From positions 1,550,001 through 1,614,000 of the forward strand of contig OZ193909.1 in assembly GCA_964276515.1 (NCBI GenBank): DNA of 64,000 nucleotides, written 5' to 3'. Of the stretch, positions 1 through 11,100 are shown piece after piece. The position numbers were made by a program, and so were the translations under genes. The DNA is from Gordius albopunctatus (taxonomy: Eukaryota). The notes under the pieces are model-generated. The model searched no databases and had not been told where the DNA came from. It saw only the letters and a list, made by a program, of their open reading frames with translations. Position 1 is the stretch's first letter; every line of letters begins with the position of its first letter.

Positions 1-593
1 GTTAATCAAAACATAAGTGCTATGCTATGGGGACAATGTCATTTTTTCTAATAGAATCTTCTATGAGAGGATATATTGTGTTTTTCAAGAGCGGAAGTGG
101 TTTTTTCATCGTAGGAAGTTGTTGGTTGTCTCGATTGTTTAAAGTTTTTGGTTTAATTATTTAGAATATGCTTAAACATAAAAAATTAAAATACCATTAA
201 ACAAATGGCCGAGCCGAGTTGCCAGTTGAGTCCGATTTTATATTGCAATACACATCTTAAATTAATAGAGTCAAAGTCAAACATTACAAAAATACACAAG
301 GGGCTCCAATGATTATAGTACCAAGCAAATGAACTTATTTTTTTGCAAAATTTAGGCATTGCCTAAATGTTTTTAAATATATAAATATTTACAAAAAAAA
401 CTTTAGTTATAATGTTTTTTGGTCATTATTCGTATAATTTAAAGTAATTGTTAATTTTTACTATATTTGTAGATTTTGAATTATTTCTTGCGAAAAATAT
501 AAAATCTCTAAAAAAAATTAGTCATTTCTCATCACTTGAAATCTGAGATTTCAACGTTTTGTATATTTGACATGTAATTTTTTCACTTTTATG

Positions 594-855
594 TAGTGCT
601 GTAAACATTTGTAAAAAAATCGAACGCGTTCACGTTCGTCTAAAAAGAAAAGGAAGCGTTCACGTTCGTTCAAAATTTTATGATAAATTTTTTTAAAGTT
701 TAATTTAATATAAATAAATGTCTTATATTTTTTAGTACAATAAATAGCCATGATAAAAAATAATAGTTTTATTTCGACAATATAATTATAAATCAATATA
801 ATCTATTTTCTTATTGATTTTTAATAATAATTGTTTTTCAAAATTGTCTTCTGAT
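594..855 (-). mobile_element. Right-end fragment of the TAGTGCTGTAA hAT family (same family as 46814-47880)
   Basis: Begins TAGTGCTGTAAACATTTGTAAAAAAATCGAACGCGTTC and is the near reverse complement of ~47590-47880, including GAACGCGTTC subterminal palindromes. Confidence 0.8.
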
Positions 856-1262
856 TTTGAAAAAATATAGGACCTTTTATTCTTATTTATTGATAATTCT
901 ATATTTAATTATCACGTTAAAATATAAATTTGCTATATTTTTCATCTATAAGTTTTGATCTTCAACTATAAGTAAATAAATTTTTTAGCTAGATTTTCAA
1001 ATATGCTTTTATGTTTTGACTTCCTAAACAGATATTTACAGTTTACGATTTATTTGAATAGTAATTGAGCGATATGGTCAAGGAACGTATCTGGTTCTTT
1101 TACCTATAAAGAAGAAGTAAAAATGAAAACACTCTAAAACTAATATAAATATAAGTCCTAGCCTTATATAGACTTTATACAATGCCAGTGATCATCTTCC
1201 AAGCTTTTAGAATTTGTCAAACATATTTGTTAAAAAGGCAAAATTTAGCATAGTATATATAT

Positions 1263-1675
1263 CAGAGGTCAGATTTGTTAGAATTTTTCTGCCCGAACCT
1301 GGCCCGATTTTATAATTAATCTGCCCGCCCGAACCCTTCTATGTATCCGCCCGGCAATGCCCGAATTATCCCAGCTGCCCGGCCCGAAATGGTGTGTTTT
1401 AAAATTTTTAGCACTAATATCGTTATATTTTTTAAAAATTTTTTCTTAATTTTTGATTTTTTTTTAATGAGAACTGGATTAACAAACATTATGAAATCAA
1501 TTCAAAAAGTGGCAAAATATACACAAAAACAATATAATACATTATTTTAAAAACAAAATTGCCCGAATCTTGTTATGGTGCCCGCCTGGGCCCACCCGAA
1601 AGTTAAAAGTTACGGCAGTTGCCCGGACTGTGGGCCGGGCGGGCAGCGGGCCTGGTCGGGCAAATCTGGTCTCTG
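1263..1675. mobile_element. hAT-type MITE (CAGAG-ended family with GCCCG subterminal repeats)
   Basis: Ends CAGAGGTCAGA...TCTGGTCTCTG; flanks ATATATAT / ATAGATAT (8-bp TSD, 1 mismatch); many GCCCG/CGGGC motifs. Confidence 0.85.
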
Positions 1676-3481
1676 ATAGATATGGCGACCTTATATTTCC
1701 AAAAAATATAATTTATTGATTATAAAATATTAAACATCTCGCTATCTCCCTATTAAATACCCACTGTGCTTGAAACTTCTAAGCAACCAAGAAGAAAGCG
1801 GAAAAGGTTTTTGATTGCCCTTATTAATTGCTAGGCAATTACGGGCCCCTATTTGGTTGTCCGCACGTCCGTCCTGTCCAATTTGGCTTTTTGATTGTTG
1901 TGGAAACTTATGTGGGTTTGCTGCAATTTATGCTTCTGTAAAATAATATTTATTTTGTTTTCGCATAAAAGCTAGACCTCTGGTTGGCTTTAATCTTTTA
2001 GACCTCACCTGTACCCAAACTCCATTTTTATTTTTGTGGCCGACTGATTATATATTAGTATATTTCTATTGGCAACTTGTCTAGCTTGTTGTTCTCTAAC
2101 TTTTAATTGCGTAGCTGGCTAAATTTTTCCCTGAATTTAATGATGACCATCTGACACTCGCCCTGACAAAAATCCCTGTTTAATATTACTATTTATTTTT
2201 GCTGATTATTTTCGTAAATCTTGCTCGTTCCACAAATTTTTTTGAACCCGGCCCTAAGCCAAACTACGATCTTGCCAAAATATTTAGTGTAGATATACTA
2301 ATAACTGCTATTTATATTAAAATTATATAACCCCTCCATAGTATTTTGATCTCATCTCGGCCCAGAAAAATCTCGATCCTGTCTGGAAGACAATTATAGT
2401 CTCGACTTTTTTAAAAAAATATATACGTAATAAAATTTTATCCTGTTTTATTAAAAACATTTAATAAGTGTTAAAAAATCCGAATGGCAAATTTTATATT
2501 TTTTGGAAAACTTTAATACACAAACCTTTTAAAGATTTAGCGGGACACGACATCTCATTGACGATATAAAGATTTGAATTAATTCATAAAGATTCTATGG
2601 AAAGTGCAGATTTAAAAAAACTATAAATAAAGTTGAAGTGAAGAAAATTAAATTTTATTGTTCTACCAAATCACAAAATTTGTATCAAATTCACTGTGTT
2701 TATCAACTATAAATGGACTTAGAAAATAATAAGTTTGCTTATAGTTGCATAATTGAGCAAATTGAGGCCCTTAATTAACCCTGAGCTTCAAAGTTAACCC
2801 TAACATATTTAAGGCAAACGTTTAAGTCCATTTATATTATCATCAATTATAGCCCATAGTGTTTATTGCATGTTTACTATCGCGTTATAAAACACAAAGT
2901 GCGAGTGACTTTTAATGATAATATTATTATTTACAGAATTGATAACTAAGATGCACATATTAAAACCTTGTAAAAACAACAATAAAAGCAGCAATATTAT
3001 AGGATTTAGAACATAAGGCTTTAAACCTTAAATTAAGTGCACGTCTAAATTTATGACAAAAATCATTATAATCAAATTTATATTCTAAATATTACCTTCC
3101 AATTCTAACTAACTTTGCCATTAAATATTTATTTATCGAATACAGTATACGTTCGTGTATTTATTTTATATTGCACAATTATGGAAATATAGTAAATTTA
3201 AATGCACCTGCCAACCCAGCTTTTAACGTGAAAAGTAATGCATATGACAAAACTATGTATTCACATAATGTCTTATTAAAATTCAAAAATTTGGGAGCTA
3301 TACTATTATTTGAAGCAAAAAAACTTATAGAAAACTGCATTACGATAAAGACCGTAAAAGTGCCTAAGGATTACACTATATCTCATGACCTACTTTTTAC
3401 AACTTTTATCGTTTCTCTCGCGTATTACTTAACTATTGAAACTCGCTAGTGTGAAAATTTCTCGCGTTTACACATAATTAT

Positions 3482-4935
3482 TAGTGATGCGGAAAAACCG
3501 AGAAAAATCTCGGTCTCGTCTCGTCTCGAAAAACTGAGACGAGACGAGAATTTGAAAAATGGAGTCAAGATCGAGACGAGAATTTTGATGACGAGACGAT
3601 ACGAGATTTTTTCGGCGAGATCTCGACTTTTTTTATCGTTAGATTTTAGTAAATTATTTTGTATTTTAATTTGCATGATTTACATTTAAGGTATTAAGTG
3701 TAAATCAATATGTATGGAATATATTTGACATTAAAAAAATTCCCGTAAATATTATATTTTTTGCTACATTTACCTAAGTATGGTTTACCCTTAGGGTATG
3801 TGAATAATTTTATAATATCTTTATCACATATTTGAATCCATAACATTATTAAATATTACAAAATTATAGGCTTATAATGAGATCTGATTGAATAGTAAAC
3901 ATAAACAAATCATATTTATATTTCGCAGTTACTCATCCTGCATAATGCGGTAATTATAAATTGGTAGTAAATCAGTTTGAATAATTAAACTAGTAAGGTG
4001 GCTCGAGATTTTTGAGCATCCGTTTAACGATTTTAAAAGTACAATAGAGTATTTAATGACACCGTAATAGATTAAATCTAAAGCATGAGTTTTCTAGAAG
4101 TTTTTATGCTTCAACTATATTCGATAAATAACTATTTAATGTCAAAGTTAGTTAGAATTGGAAGATAATTATTTGGAATATAAATTTGATTTTAATTATT
4201 TTTGTCATAAATTTAAATACGTGCAATTTATAACCTCATATTCTTATTCCTATAATAATGATGCTTTTATTGTTGTTTCTACTATCCGTTTTTATAGGTG
4301 CATCTAGTTATCAATTCTGTAATTCATAATATTATCATTAAAAGTCACTCGCACTTTGTGGTTTATAGCGCTATAGTAAACATGCAATAAACACTATGGG
4401 CTATAATTGATGATCGTACTAATGGACTTAAATGTTTGCCTTAAATATGTTAAAGTCTACTTTGAAGCTTTAGCCAGGGTTAATAAAGGGTCTCAATTTG
4501 CTAAATTGTGCCACTAAGTCAACTATAACCTATTTATTATTATCTAAGTCTATATAGTTGACAAACACAGTGATTTGATACAAATGTTATAATTTGCTAG
4601 AACAATAAAATTGATTTTTATATACTTCAAATTTATTTATAGTTTTTTAGTCTGCACTTTCCATAGAAAATGTTATTTTTTTGAATGAATTCATATCTTT
4701 ATATTGACAATGATATGTCGTAAAGTTTATAAAAAATATAAATATTTGCCATTTTAATTTTTAACACTTATTTAATATTTTTAATAAAACGGGAGAAATT
4801 TTTATTCAGTATATATTTTTTTTAAAGTCGAGACGAGATCGAGATTTTTCTAGACCGAGACGAGACGAGATTTTCATAATCGCTCCCGAGACGAGACGAG
4901 ATTTTGTTTTCGAGACCGAGAAGAGATCGAAATAA
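3482..4935 (+). mobile_element. Second copy of the same GAGAC-repeat element, nested in opposite orientation
   Basis: Starts TAGTGATGCGGAAAAACCGAG (inverse of the 5914 end); GAGACGAGAC arrays at 3510-3630 and 4830-4930; right terminus and TSD not resolved. Confidence 0.7.
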
Positions 4936-5127
4936 AACAACAGATAGGGGGATATCCCGAATGGGACTCTCCCTTCTCAAATTTTAGATTATATCTATTA
5001 CGGTACCATTAAATATTTTATTTTACTTTTGAAATTGTTAAGCGGGCGCTCAAAAATTTCGAGCCACCTTGGCTTAACTTGTTTAATTATTCAAACTGAT
5101 TGACCACCATTTATAATTACCGCATTA

Positions 5128-5501
5128 GGCGGCGTTCGTGATGACGCGCGAAGCGAAAAAAAGCGAAGTGAATTTTTGAGCTAATTTATCAAACTCTAAT
5201 TCTTTTTTTAATATCTTTATATTTCTCGTGAAATTTATCATATATATCACGAAAATAAAAATTGTAAATAGGAGGCGTTCATAGTGAAACCTCTGAGCGA
5301 ACGAACACGATGTTTAAATTTTTTTTATATGTTTATGGAATAATTACGATCTTATCAATGAAATTCGTGCAATACCATTGATATATGATAAATTTCACGA
5401 TGAATATAAAGATAGTAAGAAAAAGAGTGAAAAGTTTGATTAATTAGGCAAAAAATTCACTTCGCTTTTTTTCGCTTTCGCGCGTCATCACGAACGCCCC
5501 G
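5128..5501. mobile_element. PIF/Harbinger (Tourist-like) MITE with long TIRs and TTA TSD
   Basis: GGCGTTCGTGATGACGCGCGAAGCGAAAAAAAGCGAAGTGAATTTTT is mirrored at the right end; flanked TTA/TTA. The empty site CCGCATTATGCAGG is visible (reverse strand) in the paralog at 3937-3950. Confidence 0.85.
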
Positions 5502-7429
5502 TTATGCAGGATGAGTAACCGCGAAATTTAAATATGCTTTAGTAATATTTACTATTCCATCAGAACTCATTCTAAGCCTAAAATTTTGTAATATTTAATA
5601 ATGTTATAGATACAAATATGTGATAAAGCTATTATAAAATTATTCACATGACCTAAGGGTCAACCATACTTAGGTAAATGGCCAAATTTAAAATTTTTTG
5701 CAATATATAAAATTTACTACACTTAGGAATTTTTTTGATGCTAAATATATTCCATATATATTGATTTACACTTAATACTATAAATTTAATTATGCAAATA
5801 TACACCATAATTTACTAAAATCTAACGATCAATAAAAAGTCTAGATCTCGCCGAAAAAATCTCGTCTCGATTTCGACCATTTTTCAAATTCTCCTCGGTT
5901 TTTTCGCATCACTACCTGTCCAGAGGCCAAAATTCATTTTTATGCTCGCGGCTTTTGGACTTTGATACTTTAGCTTTAATCATATCCATTCCTCGGCTAA
6001 AAACCAACCATTTTATTTTTTTACGGGCCTCACTTGATTTTTAATTTTTTGTGAATTTGTCCATTTTTAAGGTGTGAGTGGCTAACTTTTAGGCCAAAAG
6101 CATATATATTTATTTGACCCTCTGCTAGTATTTTGAACATGTAGCACAGTATAAGTAATCCACCTGCGTAAGCATCCCCCCTATTATAAATTATGGTATT
6201 TTTCCCGCTTTTTACATGTGATTTAATAAAAATAACGAATCGTTTTATCATAATTCGGCCGGACGTACATTTTAGGTGATTCTAATATTATTGCTAAAAT
6301 TAGTTATTTTTTTAAATATTTTTCCTATACATTCTAACATTGTTACATTAATTCCTGTTTCCTAGCAAATTGTTGTTTATTGCTCTTAGCTCGGCCTGAG
6401 CCTGGTGATTTGTTTTTGTACTGTCTGCCCGCGAAAATCCTATGCCTTCTGTTCCCTAAAACTAATAAATACCCACTATAAAATTTATTTGTTATAGCCC
6501 CCATTTATAATATAAATCCTCCACCCTCATAGGCATTTTTATCCCACCCCCCTTCTCCCATAAATGTATGAACGAGTTTTTTAATAATAGTACCTAAAAA
6601 CTAGACGCAAGTCTGAAGGACAAAATACGTGCTCCAGGGTCGGAGCACCGCCCCTAACAAGGCCTGCCCCCATCCCTTGGACTTACCCCCCTCCCCACTC
6701 TCTCCGATCCTGATTATATACAATAAAAGCATACCCTATCGCATACCCTTTGGGCACAGATATGTAACACTATTATGGCAAATAAATTTTATATTATGCA
6801 AGTAGGTTCGAGTTTTTATGTCGTAAAGAGCTTATTATCTATTATTGCCCTTTATGATTGTATATAGACTTTAAAATACTCGGAAGTTTTTTTATTTATT
6901 AAACTATCCGCGATAAAACGTCCGCGCGCGTATAATTGTTCCGCGAAATATCGCGAACTAAAACAAAATCGAAAAATTTTTTTATATCACTCGTATAGGG
7001 GGCTGATTAATATTATTAATTTATTTTATTACGCTTGAGCATTTTACTTCTGTGGCAAAAAGCAATAGAAATCGTTTTAACTATTAATATCATAAAGGTA
7101 CTAAAAATCGTGACTCATCACAAATAGGAGTAAAAATTACGCGTATGTGTGTATATTTGTTAGGGGGTGGGAACGTATATAATATAACATCGGATAACAC
7201 ACAAGTAAGGGGGTGGGGCGTAAGGGGGTGGATGATATCACATAGACCGAGATCGAAGTTGCGTTGTTAAAATGGCTAAGCTTTGTCATCAAAAATAGTC
7301 AGGTTCAATCACTTCAAATCTTTACCTTACTAATAGACTATTTTTTTTTAAATGTGTGTATTGTTTATTTGAATTTAAGAACGTTATAAAAAACGAAGTG
7401 TTAAAATTCGAAAAATATAAGAGCGGGAA

Positions 7430-7830
7430 TAAAATAAAATATAATTAAAAAGCGTCGCATGTATCATCTAATAAAAGTGGCCAGCTGTCGGCCAGGGATT
7501 TAAAATTGTACTTTGCTATTAAAATACCAATTTTTTGTTTAGGTAAAAAATTTGTGGAATATTTAGAGAGCGGGCAGCGACGGCTGATATCTTTAAAAAG
7601 CTTGATGGTGGCAGGACCAAAAGTCCCAGAACATGAGGCAACGATAGCGGTAAAGATATTAGAGGGTAGGAGGGCCTAGTATTTTACCGTTTTGCGGTGT
7701 TCGGCGAGGGTCAGACCGTTGTAGTTCTGGTTAGAGGGGGCGAAAATGTCGATGCAGGTGAAATCCCATATAAGGGGTAGACCATTTTGCCAAGGGATGA
7801 GGGTAGAGCCGTTTGGAACAGTTCTCATCT
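7430..7830 (-). mobile_element. CRE-clade non-LTR retrotransposon 3' fragment (restriction-like endonuclease), decayed
   Basis: Minus strand reads [26 protein letters not shown]...AEHRKTVKY, paralogous to the RLE at 10168-10479. Confidence 0.75.
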
Positions 7831-8126
7831 AGCAATTGGATTTAAAACAGGCCGTGCAAATATTCGTAAGAAGTTCCTACAAAGGCCCATCCTGCACTTC
7901 ATGATGAGGACGATCAGAGGGCATGGCTGTACCTATAAAGAAAGGATCGGACGGCCTCGTGCTACATGGGAGGGAAAGTGGATAAAGTTAAAATGATCTA
8001 AAAGCTATCCTTAATCGATTAAAATAAAATATTCATATTAAAAGTAATTTCAAGACTATGGGATACATGAAAAAAATAAAAATACTTTTTTTAACAACTA
8101 TAATACTCTGTTTAACCTAAAATAGA

Positions 8127-11100
8127 ATGTTTGTGAAAGTTTATACTTTTGTCTGCTACTACTGTCATATATCAGCTGTAATTTTCACGATTTTATGGCG
8201 GTAAGCGACACTATTACCAAGCTTATTTCATGGCATAGACCTTTAGCATTGACATTTAGGCGATTAATTTATGACGATATATCGTACGAAAATAGAAAGT
8301 TTATAGCCTTGATCAATCATTATACATCTGATGAATCTAATTTAGTAGTAAACGAATCAAAAAATGATTTAATTTTATTGTCAAAAAGTTTGCAATCTAA
8401 AGAAAAAGATTTAAAGGATCTAGTTGAGTTTTTATCAAGTATTTTTTGCTAATATAATTTACCTGATTTTTAGAAAATGATAATGATGAACTATCCAATC
8501 TTGCTTTAGAAGATAAATTGAGCTGTGAATCTCAAATCAATGCCCTTAGGGAAAAAGTATATTGAAAAAAATTATATATATAAGCTTATTTTTTGATAAA
8601 TCAAATCTTTTAATCTTCCATATCACTCTTTAATAGCTAATACAATCTATTACACAATTTGAAAATATTAAAAGTAAATCACAATCAATTGATGGTGAAG
8701 ATTGTGACTATACCAATGGTCTGTCATTAGAAATAACTGCTGGTGTAGGGGGCCAAGAATCATCCCTGTTTGTCAATGAACTTTTAGAAATCTATGAAGG
8801 ATATAGTGAATATCTTGGTCTAGACTTTAATGTAGTGCAATCTGAAGAAACTGACCTAGGTATTATTATTATTATACAAGATTATTAACTAATAATTAAA
8901 TTAATACTTTTTATTCTAATATTTGAGATAAACATCCAAGACAACTTTTTTGCTTTACATTAGAACCCTGCAAAATTGCTTTTTACAATCCTGATCATAT
9001 TTTTATTTGTTTTAGTCTGACCCCAGCCTAAAAACAAATTATCTCTACCCTCACACCAGCCCTTTATTTTATTTTTTAATTTTAAATTAAAATAAAGAAA
9101 TCAAAGTTAACATTGAATAACTTTAAACAATAATAAGTGTGATAAATAAATAATAAAGTATTCTATTTATCTTGTTACTATAAGTTCAACCATGCATTTT
9201 TTATTATAACGTTCGAATTTCAAATTAATTATATTATTTTATGGTTTCAAAAATCTATTATCATTTCATCTAAAGGTTTATGATCTTTCATACTTACTAA
9301 AGTATTTATACATCTTTTTTTAAAAATATAATTTGGATAATTTAGAATATTAAATGGTTTTTATTGGGTTTGGACTTATGGTTTGACAGTTTAATAATTA
9401 TTTTTTGCCCAATGCCAGCCCAAAGGGCCAGACTTGGATTATAAAAAAGATTAATTTATTTTTTAAAGGGGGTTTGCGTAAAACATATGCACACATAACT
9501 GGAAATCCAGAACTAGTCAAAAATTTTCATTACGAATCTGGTGTGCATCGAATCCAAAGGGTCCCTAAAACAGAAAAATATGGAAGAATTCATACGAGCA
9601 CTGTGGCAGTATCCGTCATTCCCAAAAACAATACAGTAAATTTAAAAAAGGAAGAATTTAGTTTATTTTATATTTATATTAAAAAAAGTATTAATTTTAA
9701 GTTTATTTTATCGTTGTTAAGGTTGATAGCGATATTTTGAGACAAGACTTAATAATTGAAACTTGCAGAGCTCAGGGTAAAGGTGGACAGCATGTTAATA
9801 CAACAGACAGTGCGGTACGAATCATCCATATACCCACAGGTAGTAATTATTTACATTTATGCTGGTTTTTGTTTTTTCAATCAATGGTTTGTATAAACTC
9901 CGTTTTTACTTAAAGAAATATTTGTAGAAACAATTCGTTAATAACAAAATTACATACACGACTAAAAAAATATAAAAACGCGCTATAACTAAAGGGATGG
10001 CATTGATCCGTGTATGGATATCGTGTTGGATCTAACGATTACCATTGTGATCTTTTGCCCGATAAAAAAGTACTCTTTCAAATCGAAGGAGACGCTGAAG
10101 ACCGCTTTTCCTATTTGTTTCAGGAGAGCGAGAGCTTCAACGATTAAATTTCCAATTGTGGTTGCCACTATGGGAATGAATATATGTCGGCGAGGGAAGA
10201 ATATTTTGCTGTCTTCCTATTCTCTGCACTCACTATAAGGTCGGGAGAGGAGTTTGAAGGGGCGAATATGTCGATCGTAGTGAAGTCCCAAGTGAGATTC
10301 AGTCCACGGGACCATGGGATGAGTGTGACCCCGTCTGGTCTTTTTCCATCGGTAGTGCTAAGGCCGACGGGCTCCAAGGTGTTTGACAGCCTTCCTAAGG
10401 TACTGGCCGATGATTTTGTTGATCGCCGTGTGCCTGGGGTTGCGGCCTTTGCTATATCGGCTGTTTGCAGAGATCGCATACGACAGGGGTACTATGTCGC
10501 ATCCGACACGGAGGCCTATGGCTATGCGTAACTCCTCCCCAGAGATATAAAGTCCCAAATTCCTGCTCGGGATAGCTTCGAGCCATTCGTAACCGATCTT
10601 GGAAGAGGCCCAATTAAAAAGAAGTTTTCCCTGAGATAGTTCGTTCGAAGAAAGAAAAGCTACGGAACGTGCTATTAAGGGAAGATCCCATTCCTTTTCG
10701 TTCACACCGAGTGGTCGATCGGCTGACTCGAGCTTGTCCGCGTCCCACCTGTGGAGAGCCTCTTGGTGGTGCGGGTCTGGAAAGGATTTCATGGCAGAGA
10801 TAAGGGGCTAGGTACTCATGCACGAAGATATAAAACCCGCTAATGCTATCTGTTGCGGAGATCGAATACCAATTCCCCCACTCTTAGAAGGGAGGGATGC
10901 CCGGAGCCATTAGACTGGAGTAAACTATATATTTAAGCAGGTCTCAAAAAGAGACTGAATGTTTCGTTCGATTAAATTTAATTGCTCTCGGCAGCCAAAG
11001 ATAGATGAAGCACGCAAGGCGTGATTTATTTTCAGAATTAGCAGAAAATTTTTAGCCAACAAAATGCATGGTATGGAGTTAGTTTCTGCAGGGTAGGTTT

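Larger units (their letters stand above)
2339..5914 (-). mobile_element. Non-autonomous DNA transposon (hAT-like, GAGAC subterminal repeats), outer copy
   Basis: Right end ...CGGTTTTTTCGCATCACTA at 5914; ~2350-3140 and ~4980-5914 are reverse complements of parts of the inner copy; flanks CCCCTCCA / CCTGTCCA (6/8, possible TSD). Left TIR decayed. Confidence 0.65.

Noticed and set aside
1..360. Possible minus-strand exons (VHLLGTIIIGAPCVFL/CVLQYKIGLNWQLGSAICLM; PKTLNNRDNQQLP...)
   Set aside because: Could not be phased into a consistent gene and no family recognised.
3500..3630. GAGACGAGAC and GCCCG short repeat arrays as CRISPR-like or regulatory arrays
   Set aside because: No constant repeat-spacer period, eukaryotic context, and they sit next to TIRs as ordinary subterminal repeats.
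6030..6281. ORF faintly resembling a dual-specificity phosphatase core (FIKSHVKSGKNTIIYNRG...LILCYM)
   Set aside because: No CX5R motif and no flanking exons could be joined; resemblance too weak.
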